Shown here piece after piece: positions 20,313-28,720 of a stretch of DNA of 64,000 nucleotides. Location of the stretch: contig CAVSUT010000021.1 in assembly GCA_963731235.1 (NCBI GenBank), positions 81,402 through 145,401 of the forward strand, read 5' to 3'. The stretch's first letter is position 1. Each line of letters opens with the position of its first letter. Below the pieces are notes generated by a model. That model worked only from the letters and a program-made list of their open reading frames with translations. It did not search any database and was not told the origin of the DNA. The stretch comes from an uncultured Actinomycetota bacterium. Its GTDB lineage: Bacteria > Actinomycetota > Actinomycetes > Actinomycetales > Dermatophilaceae. The translations under genes were made by a program, and so were the position numbers.

Positions 20313-21194
20313 ATGCACCGCAAGTTCTTTGCTGCCGCCCTCGCCGTTGGTCTCGCCGCAGTAGCCGTCGTCGGCTCGTCCACGTCCGCCTCGGCTCTGC
20401 TCAAGGTCAAGTGCAAGACCACGACCGGCACCGCCGCGGTCGACCCGATCGTGCACCACAACGAGTCGAACGCCCACGTCCACGAGCACCAGTTCTTCGG
20501 CAACAACGGCTGGCTGACCCGAGGGAACTACGCCAACTACACCGACCTCACCAGCAAGGGCACCAACTGCCGGGAGCTCACGGACACGGCCGGCTACTGG
20601 ACCCCCACGCTGCGCTACACCACCGGAACCCGCCAGATGATCCCCGTCCAGGCGTTCACCGCCTACTACCGCCCGTTCACCGGTGTCGGCGGTCCTGACT
20701 CCGGTCCCGGCCTGGCCTTCCCCGCGGACACCCGCCTCATCGGCACCAAGTACTCATGGAACTGCGGGCAGTTCATGACCGTCGCAGAGTCCCCGTCCGT
20801 CCCGGACTGCCGGGGCGCGGACGGCTCCCCGGGCAAGACCCTCACGCTGCACATCGACTTCCCGAACTGCTGGAACGGCATCAAGCCCAAGCACCTCACG
20901 AGCGACGTCGGCAACACCACGGACAACGTCAACTACGCCTACTCGTCCAAGAAGAAGGGCGTCGTCAGCTGCCCTTCCGGCTTCCCCAACAAGATGATCT
21001 CGTTGCGGGAGACGCTGCAGTTCCAGTACGTCGGAGCCGGCACCGACGTCGAGCTGACCAGCGACCACGAGAAGATGACCACCGACGGCCGCTCCGCCCA
21101 CGGTGACTTCTGGAACACCTGGCAGCAGGCAGACTTCCAGCGCCTGGTGACCGCCTGCATCAACACCCCGGCCGAGCCGAACTGCGCTCTCTAG
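20313..21194 (+). CDS. secreted DUF1996-domain protein
   Basis: ATG 20313 preceded by GAAGGA. Signal peptide is MHRKFFAAALAVGLAAVAVVGSSTSASA. The DPIVHHN...HVHEHQFFGNN motif resembles DUF1996. This is the only exported-protein gene in the window whose frame is intact. Confidence 0.75.
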   Translation: MHRKFFAAALAVGLAAVAVVGSSTSASALLKVKCKTTTGTAAVDPIVHHNESNAHVHEHQFFGNNGWLTRGNYANYTDLTSKGTNCRELTDTAGYWTPTLRYTTGTRQMIPVQAFTAYYRPFTGVGGPDSGPGLAFPADTRLIGTKYSWNCGQFMTVAESPSVPDCRGADGSPGKTLTLHIDFPNCWNGIKPKHLTSDVGNTTDNVNYAYSSKKKGVVSCPSGFPNKMISLRETLQFQYVGAGTDVELTSDHEKMTTDGRSAHGDFWNTWQQADFQRLVTACINTPAEPNCAL

Positions 21195-21213
21195 ACCGCA
21201 GTCGGCAGGCCCG

Positions 21214-21245
21214 GCGCCCCCACCCCCTCGCGGGGGTGGGGGCGC
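21214..21245. terminator. bidirectional hairpin terminator between convergent genes
   Basis: Perfect 14-bp stem gcgcccccaccccc / gggggtgggggcgc with loop tcgc, read directly. Confidence 0.7.
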
Positions 21246-21279
21246 TCCTGCGTCAGGCCACGTCCCGCCACCGTGCAGG

Positions 21280-22409
21280 TCACTGGACAGGGAACCGCGC
21301 GATCCCCGCCTGGTTGGCGCCGTTGACCTTGGTGAACTCCCCCAAGGCATAGAGGTTCCCACCGGCCGTGGTCAGGTCCCAGACCCCGAACGCCGAGTTG
21401 AAGGTGGCCAAGGGGCGTGCCGTTCCGGACCCGTCATCCACGACCACGGTCTTGCGTGAGGTGAAGTCGACCTTGCACCCGGTCGTCCCCGCGACGGGGG
21501 GACGGCAGACGTTGTTGAAGTGCCCTCCGGCATAGACGTCGCCGTTGACTGCCTCCACCGTCTGGACGTTCCCGTCCGTCGCCACCTGCCAGCGCTGCGC
21601 GCCGGTGCCTGCAGCGGTGGCGTAGACGGAGTTTCCCGCCGGCAGGTGACCGCCGGTGGCGAGGTAGACCGACGCCCCACTCGTGGCGATGTCGAAGACC
21701 TGGGAGTCGTACGCCAGCCTCGCGTCGTAGGGCTGCGCCGTGCCCGACGCGTCCAGGAGCGCGACGTAGTCGCGCCCTGCCCCACCGATCGTCGTGAACT
21801 TGCCGCCGACGTAGATCTGGCTGCCACTGGCCCTCACCACGTGGACCAGCCGGTTCGGGTTGGGCTTGAAGGAGCTCACCAACGATCCGTCCACGGGGTT
21901 GAGCCCGGCGAGGTACTTGCGCTTGACCCCGTTCACCGTTCGGAAGCCGCCGCCGATGTAGAGGGTGCCGTTGGCATGGTCGAGCGACTCCACGGCCGAG
22001 GACACGTTGGGGCGGAAGGTGTCCGAGCACCTGCCCCGAGGGCAGTGACGGCCGCGAGGTTCTTGCGCGGGACTCCCCCCACGCTGGTGAAGTCCCCGGC
22101 GAGGTAGATGACCGTCCCATCGGTGGCCAGGGCGTTCACCGTGCCCATCGACATCCACCCTGAACCCCGACTCACGCACCCCCGTGGCTGCGTCGAGGGC
22201 GGCCAGGCCCTGGTGGGTGGTGTTGTCCACCTTGGTGAAGCTGCCTGCGATGTAGAGACGGCCTCCCGCCTCGACCGAGTTGAGGACCGGGCCCACCGCC
22301 GTCGACGCCGGGGCCGGGGACTTGCTCACCGCGGCCCGCTGCCGGGGTCGCCGACCAGCAGGGTCAGTGCTGCGCCAAGGGCGAGAGCGGCAAGGGGTCG
22401 AGTGCGCAT
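21280..22409 (-). pseudogene. secreted beta-propeller repeat protein (DUF5122/delta-60-like blades), frame broken at three places
   Basis: GGAGG + 6 nt + ATG 22409 opens a signal peptide (MRTRPLAALALGAALTLLVGDPGSGPR) that hits TGA at 22325-22327. The body continues in another frame (AAVSKSPAPAS...LYIAGSFTKV...). One blade (VNALATDGTVIYLAGDFTSVGGVPRKNLAAVTALG) is readable only in a third frame between about 22145 and 22030. The span is 1130 nt (3n+2). Confidence 0.8.
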
Positions 22410-22663
22410 GCAATACCTCCGGTGAGCTTGGCCCGACCCTCGCTTCGGGGAGTCTGGTCCTCCCCCGGGCCCCTGTGTCGGACTCTAGGGCTGCGCCCGA
22501 CCAATTCACTCGCCCATCCGGAGGGGCTCCCTACGTCCTTTTGGGCAGGACCACCTGCTCGGGCATTTGTAGGAGACAGGTCTCCCGCCGGGAACGGAAG
22601 CGCGCGCGAAGCCGTGGCACTTGGATGGACCACGAAGATGGACTGGTGCTGGTAGGAGGAACC

Positions 22664-24978
22664 GTGGTGAGACCGAGGCACATGCGTGCTGCCGTCGTCG
22701 TGACAGGGGCCCTGGTCCTCAGCACCCTGACGGGTCACACACTGCCCGCGCCTGCGCAGGCTGCGGGCGCGAGCCCGTCGTACGTGCCCGCGCCGTCCTG
22801 GTGGGGCACCAACGGGCGGGTCAGCGACATGCTGGTGGCCGGGAACCGGGTCTACGTCGCGGGCGGGTTCGACTACGTCGGACCGACGACCGGGTACGGC
22901 GTGGGCGTCGACGCCGTCACGGGGGCGATGCGCCCATCGATGCCGGTGGTCGATGGCCCCGTGGACGCCTCCGCGCCCGACGGCGCGGGCGGTTGGTACC
23001 TGACCGGCCAGTTCAGGACCGTCGGTGGGTACTACCGACCCGGCGCGGCCCAGGTCACCGCCACCGGTGTGGTCACGGCCTGGAACCCCAGGCCCGAGGG
23101 TCGGGTCCTTGCCGTGACGACCACCTCGAGCTCGGTCATCCTCGGCGGGGAGCTCACGGCCCTCGGCCCAGCGGCGGTCACCCGGCTGGGTGCGGTGGAC
23201 CGCGACACCGGCGCACCGCTCCCGTCGTGGACGGCCTCGGCCGACGCACCGGTGCGGGCCCTGGTCCGCACCGACGACGGCGTGTACGCCGGAGGCGACT
23301 TCACCTCGGTCAACGGCGGGGCGCGCGCCGGCCTGGTCCGGCTCGACGAGCTCACCGGTGCGGTGGACCCGCGTTTCGTGGGCCAGGTCCGCGGCAGCGT
23401 CCGCTCCCTCGCCCTCTCCGGCAGCGGTGCCGGCCTGTACGTGGGTGGCGACTTCGCCACGGTCTTCGCCGGCGCGACGTCGTTGACGCGCAGCCGGCTT
23501 GCCGGGTTCGCCACGTCCAGTGGCGCACCGCTGGCGTGGGCCCCGGCTGCCGACGGAGTCGTCAACGCCCTGACGACGGACCCCGTCACCGGCACCATCT
23601 ACGCCGGGGGGCTGTTCTCCACCGTCGCCGGGGCACCACGCGTCCGGTTGGCGGGCCTGACGTCCGCCGGTACGGCCACCACCTTCAATGCTGCGCTCAG
23701 CGGCTGCCACGTCCGCCACAGCACCGGCTACGCACACAGCAACCCCCCGTGCACCGCCGAGGTCGCAGCGCTCGCCTCGCAGGGCGGCGTGCTCTACGTC
23801 GGGGGCCGCTTCGGCCGTTCCGGCACGGTCACGCGCCACGACGCCGCCGCGTACTCGATGTCGACCGGCGCCCTGACCGGCTGGAACCCCGCACCCGGTG
23901 ACCGGGTGGCCACGGTCACCCCGTCGGGTGGTGGCACCTTCCTCGGCGGCGACTTCACCAGCGTGAACGGCCAGGTGCGCAAGGGGGTGGCCGCCCTCGA
24001 CGCGACCACGGGACAGCTGGACCCGACGTTCTCGGCCGATACCGACAACGAGGTCCTCGACCTGGCGATCTCGACCGATGGCGCCCGCCTGTACCTCGCA
24101 GGATCCTTCCGGACCGTGAAGGGCCTCGCACGGACGAAGCTGGCCGCCGTGTCGACCGCGACGAGTGTGGTCGACCCCCTGTTCAAGCCGGTCTTCAACG
24201 ACGACGTCCTGTCCATCGGCTACGCCCAGGGGTGGCTGTTCGCCGGTGGGCAGTTCACCACCGTCAACGGCGGCTCCCAGCGCCACGCGGTCAAGCTCAG
24301 TGGCACACAGGAGGTGTCAGCACCGGGTTCCGGGCCGACACGGTGGGGCCGACCGGGCCCCTTCGCGCCGGCGGCATGGTGCAGAGCCTGGTGGTCACCC
24401 CGGACGCCAGCAAGGTCTTCCTGGCAGGACCGTTCCTCACCGTCAACGGCACGAGCGTGGCGGGCGGGCTCGCGGTCGTCTACGGCAGCACCGGATCCCT
24501 CTACCCCCGTCAGCTCGGAGGGGTCCGAGGGTGCTCCAAGGTGGGTCCGTGGATGAACCGGCTCTACCTCTCCCCGGACGCCAAACGTCTCTATGGGGGC
24601 GACGTCTGCCCTGACTACATCTACCAGTGGGACGCGGTCAACCTGTCCTCCAGCACCAACCCCACCGGCCTGATCTGGCGCACCTGGTGCAACGGGGGCA
24701 TGCAGGGTGCCCTGGAGACGGGCGGCCGCTTCTACTACGGCACCCATGGCAACACCTGCGCTGCCGCGCCCAGCAGCAGCATCAGGCTCGTCCGCTCCAG
24801 GTTCGCCGTCTTCGGAGCCGCCAACGGGGTCCTCCAGGACGACAACCCCACCTTCAACAGCGCCATGGGCATCTGGGCCATCAGCCAGACCCCGTCCGGG
24901 CTGTTGCTCGGGGGTGACTTCACCCTCGTGAACGGCGTCCTGCGCCAGGGGCTCGCGTTCATCCCCTCCACCGGGTGA
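22664..24978 (+). pseudogene. large secreted beta-propeller repeat protein (paralog of 21280..22409), one frameshift
   Basis: AGGAGGA precedes GTG 22664. Signal peptide is VVRPRHMRAAVVVTGALVLSTLTGHTLPAPAQA. There are more than 10 repeats of the xLYxGGxFTxVNGxxRxxLAxLDxxTG type. The frame changes near 24296-24315: ...RHAVKLSGT is followed by GGVSTGFRADTV... in the frame of ORF 24232..24978. The span is 2315 nt (3n+2). Confidence 0.8.
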
Positions 24979-25030
24979 GGCCCCCGACGGCACCGCTGCG
25001 TCCCCGCGTCGGCATGCCTAGGCTGGATGC

Positions 25031-25768
25031 ATGGACGCCGACATCAACTTCTACTTCGACCCTGTCTGCCCCTTCGCCTGGATGACCAGCAAGTGGGTGC
25101 GCCAGGTCCAGGACCAGCGCGACTACACCGTGGACTGGCGGTTCATCTCACTGCGCCTGGTCAACTCCGAGGTGGACTACGACGCCCAGTTCCCGCCGGA
25201 GTACGAGGTCGGCCACACGGCAGGGCTCCGACTGCTGCGCGTGGCCGCCCGGGCGAGGGCGGAGCACGGACGAGCGGCGATGGGGCCCCTGTATGCCGCG
25301 TTCGGGGCACACATCTTCGACACCGCTCCCGACCCCGATGACCAGCGCAGCGAGGACCAGGTGCGCGAGCGGCGCGGGACCCGAGAGTTCACGGAGCCGA
25401 TCCTCGCCGAGGCGGGACTGCCGCTCGAGCTGGCCGAGGCGCTCGACGACGAGTCGTGGGACGTCGAGATCCGGCAGGAGACCGACGAAGCGCTCGCCCT
25501 GACGGGCAAGGACGTGGGCACGCCGATCATCCACTTCGAACCACCTGCCGGTGTCGCCTTCTTCGGGCCCGTGATCAGCCGGCTCCCGCGCGAGGAGTCG
25601 GCCGTCGAGCTGTGGGACCACGTCGTCGGGCTGACCAGGTTCCCCGGGTTCGCCGAGCTCAAGCGCAGCCTGCGCGAGCAGCCCCAGCTGGCTGCGTTCG
25701 GGCTCGACCCGGACACGGCCGGCCGACAAGAGGACTGGCACGGCGGCAGCCGGAGGCAGAAGAGATGA
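25031..25768 (+). CDS. DsbA-family thioredoxin-fold oxidoreductase (Rv2466c-like) with CPFA in place of CxxC
   Basis: FYFDPVCPFAWMTSKW ... DVGTPIIHF...VAFFGPVISRLP ... FAELKR parallels my memory of M. tuberculosis Rv2466c (FDPLCPWCW ... GTPTIHV..VAFFGPVLSKIP ... FFELKR). Confidence 0.75.
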   Translation: MDADINFYFDPVCPFAWMTSKWVRQVQDQRDYTVDWRFISLRLVNSEVDYDAQFPPEYEVGHTAGLRLLRVAARARAEHGRAAMGPLYAAFGAHIFDTAPDPDDQRSEDQVRERRGTREFTEPILAEAGLPLELAEALDDESWDVEIRQETDEALALTGKDVGTPIIHFEPPAGVAFFGPVISRLPREESAVELWDHVVGLTRFPGFAELKRSLREQPQLAAFGLDPDTAGRQEDWHGGSRRQKR

Positions 25769-26268
25769 GCACGGCCGTGACGCAGGACGATCCGAACGAA
25801 CCGGGTCCCCGCCGGTACCAGGAGTCGATCCAGGTCGACACCTCGGCCGAGCTGCTCTACGACCTGGTCTCCGACATCAGCCGCACCGGCGAGTGGAGCC
25901 CGGTCTGCACGGCGTGCTGGTGGGACGACGATGCCGAGCCGGGCCGGGTCGGCTCCTGGTTCACCGGGCGCAACGAGCTCCCGCACCGGACCTGGGAGAC
26001 CCGCTCCCAGGTGGTGGCGGCCGAACGCGGCCAGGAGTTCGCCTGGATCGTCGGCGGCAGCTACGTCCGGTGGGGCTTCACCCTCGCCCCCGCCGAGCAC
26101 GGGACGACCCTGACGGAGTCCTGGGAGTTCCTCCCGGGTGGGATCGCCATGTTCGAGGACAAGTTCGGTGACCAGGCTCCGCGCGAGATCGCCGACCGCA
26201 CGCAGCAGGCCCTCGACGGCATCCCCCGGACGCTGGCCGCGATCAAGAAGGTCGCCGAGTCCAGCTGA
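25765..26268 (+). CDS. SRPBCC (START/polyketide-cyclase-like) family protein
   Basis: ATG 25765 forms an ATGA overlap with the upstream stop. 167 aa with a typical SRPBCC pattern (IQVDTSAELLYDLVSDISRTGEWSP...WEF). The family call is by eye only. Confidence 0.65.
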   Translation: MSTAVTQDDPNEPGPRRYQESIQVDTSAELLYDLVSDISRTGEWSPVCTACWWDDDAEPGRVGSWFTGRNELPHRTWETRSQVVAAERGQEFAWIVGGSYVRWGFTLAPAEHGTTLTESWEFLPGGIAMFEDKFGDQAPREIADRTQQALDGIPRTLAAIKKVAESS

Positions 26269-26331
26269 CGGTGCCAGGGTGGCGGCCGACCAGTCGACAT
26301 CGCTGCAGGTCAGAGGCGTGTACTAGGTCAA

Positions 26332-26360
26332 TTGATGGTGGTTGGCGGGTCCGGTATGAC
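26332..26360 (+). promoter_or_regulatory. candidate sigma70-type promoter TTGATG-N17-TATGAC
   Basis: Lies in a locally AT-richer stretch, 14 nt upstream of ATG 26374. Hexamers and spacing were read directly. No experimental support. Confidence 0.3.
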
Positions 26361-26373
26361 CGTAGCGTCCCCC

Positions 26374-26790
26374 ATGCACACCATTCGCCTCTTTGGCTGC
26401 CGTCGCGGCCGGGACCCTCCTGGTCCCGGTGTTCGGCGTCGCCCTGCCCGCGCAGGCCGCCGCCGGCTACACCGTGACCGTCACCTGCAAGGTGCCGCCA
26501 CGGCAGGCCGAACGGCAGCTGGCGCCGAACTCCTGCCTCAACTACATCCCCGACGGCACGCAGACCTTCACCGCGCAGGTCCGCAGGGCCGATGGCACCG
26601 CGGCCGAGCGGCGTGACGGTGCAGTGGACCGACTCGGCGAAGAACGCGCACTTCCGGCTGGCCCAGAATCCCTGCACCACGAACGCGAGCGGCAGTCTGC
26701 TCGGCCGAGCTGGTGGTCAAGCGCCTCCGCAAGGGACAGAAGATCACGGTCACGGCCACCGCGAGGGCGCCTCCGACCAGGGGTACCTGA
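26374..26790 (+). pseudogene. small secreted Cys-containing protein, three successive +1 frame changes
   Basis: The sensible peptide is readable only by hopping frames. The segments are MHTIRLF (26374 frame), then AAVAAGTLLVPVFGVALPAQAAAGYTVTVTCKVPP...RRADGTAA, then SGVTVQWTDSAKNAHFRLAQNPCTTNASGS, then AVCSAELVVKRLRKGQKITVTATARAPPTRGT-stop at 26788-26790. Shifts lie near 26392-26396, 26600-26610 and 26688-26700. Confidence 0.65.
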
Positions 26791-26919
26791 CCTTCCGCTG
26801 ACCGGCGCGGGCATCACCTATTTGCTGGGTGCCTTACGCCAAACGCATCAGCCACCGCTACCACTCCGCGCGGAGACTGGCCGGGAACAACCCCGACGAG
26901 TTCCACAGGAGGTAGGGAG

Positions 26920-28598
26920 ATGCGACGAATCCCAGCGCTCGTACTGCCGGCAGCGATCGTGGGTGGCTACCTTGCCATCGTCACGCTACCCGCGGCGAAC
27001 GGCGTACCCGGCGAGGCGGCCCGAGAGACCTCGCAAGGTCTGATCAACCACTTGTCCCAATCGGTCCAGTTCCACCACTACCTGAAGCATCCCGAGCAGG
27101 CGCCCGAGTCGACCAGGCGCGGCATCGAGGCGACGAGCGCCCTCGCGGCGCAGGCGAAGCGCGGGTCTGCTCTCCCCGCTGTTGCCCGCCCGGGCCTGTT
27201 CAGTCGCGACACGCTCGGCCTGCCGCAGAACGAGGAATCGGTGACCGTGTGCGCCAAGGACCCGCGCACCGTTGTCGGCGGGACCAACGACTATCGCGGC
27301 CTACTGGATCCCGTGGGCAACTTCACCGGGTGGTACCTGTCCCGGGACGGAGGTACGACGGTGACGAACGAGGGCCTGCTCCCGGCCCTGAGCGCCGCTG
27401 GTGAGGTGCTGCCCTCCGGAGGCGACCCGGTGACCCAGTCGGACGACGCGTGCAACGTCTACGCCGGGTCGCTGAACTACGGTCCGGACTCCTTCACTTC
27501 CGGGGCCAACGGCATCGGTGTGTACCGGACGACACCCGACACCCTGGCCCGGTGCGCGCAGGGCAAGGACCCCTCCGACCTGACGCACCCGGACTGCTGG
27601 CCGAAGCGCCGACTGGTGGCCACGGCCACCGTTGCCGACGGGGTCGGGCACTTCCTGGACAAGGAGTGGCTCGATGTCGGCGTCAGCGGCAGCCGCGGGC
27701 AAGGTCGTGTGGGTCACGTACTCGGACTTCGCCCAGGACCCCAGCGCGCCGTTCGGCTTCACCGGTGCGCAGATCAAGGCGGTCCGCTGCGACGCGGACC
27801 TGGTCAGCTGTACCTCCGCCGATCCTGATCAGCGGAACCGACCAGCGACGTCCAGTTCTCTGACGTCACGATCAGCGACAGCGGGGCCACGCTCGTCACC
27901 TGGGTCGAGGTCGAGGGCGAGCTCGAGCAGACGGCCCAGACCTTCACCGTCAAGGCCAGAATCGCCCCTGCGGGCAGCACGACGTTCGGTCCGACCCGGA
28001 TCGTGGCCCGTGAGCCGCACGCCATCGCCTTCGACACGTCGCTGCACGCCAACGACTTCCGGGTGGCCAGCGTTCGCCGAAGTCGATCATGCCGACCGTG
28101 AACGGCCAGGACCGACCCACGGTCGTGTGGGACCGGTGCAGGGTGAAGGTCGTCGGCAGCATCTGCGAGGAGCCCGAGATCGTGCTCACCAGTTCCAGCA
28201 ACGGTGGCAAGACCTGGTCCACCCCGAAGGTGATCTCGGCGGGTGGGGACAACTACTTCCCGGCCATCGCGGACACGAGCGGCGAGTCCGCCTTCGTCGT
28301 GGCGTACTACACCACCAGGTACGACCCCGCCTTCCACAACCGCCAGGACGTGGAGCTGGTCACGGTCGACGCCAGGACCGCCAAGCTGATGAAGCGGCAG
28401 CGCGTCACACCCACCTCGAACGAGACCGAAGCAGACCCCCTCCTGGGCGGCTTCTTCATCGGCGACTACTTCGACGTGCACCTGCTCGACCACACCGCGT
28501 ACGTCCACTACAACGCCAACTTCCGGCAGGTCCGCCTGCTCGGCACCGGCTCCCCCATCCCCCAGCAGGACAACTTCCTGGCCCGCGTCCGCCCGTGA
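26920..28598 (+). pseudogene. secreted BNR/Asp-box (sialidase-fold-like) protein, at least three frame changes
   Basis: GGAGG + 8 nt + ATG 26920. Signal/TM is MRRIPALVLPAAIVGGYLAIVTLPAANG. Asp-box-like SRDGGTT and SSNGGKTW are present. The coding sense moves between frames near 27680-27700, 27815-27848 and 28065-28075, and the last part equals track ORF 28089..28598. The span is 1679 nt (3n+2). Confidence 0.75.
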
Positions 28599-28614
28599 CC
28601 GACCTGCTGACGAG

Positions 28615-28648
28615 ACAGGTCAGGTGCCCGAGCAGGCACCTGACCTGT
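28615..28648. terminator. bidirectional hairpin terminator between convergent genes
   Basis: Perfect 14-bp stem acaggtcaggtgcc / ggcacctgacctgt with loop cgagca, followed by tt. Confidence 0.7.
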
Positions 28649-28720
28649 TTCACACCGTGGCGCGGGACTCAGCGGAGCCAGTCGCCGGGCCTCCCGGTCG
28701 CTGAAGGCCGGAAGATCGGG

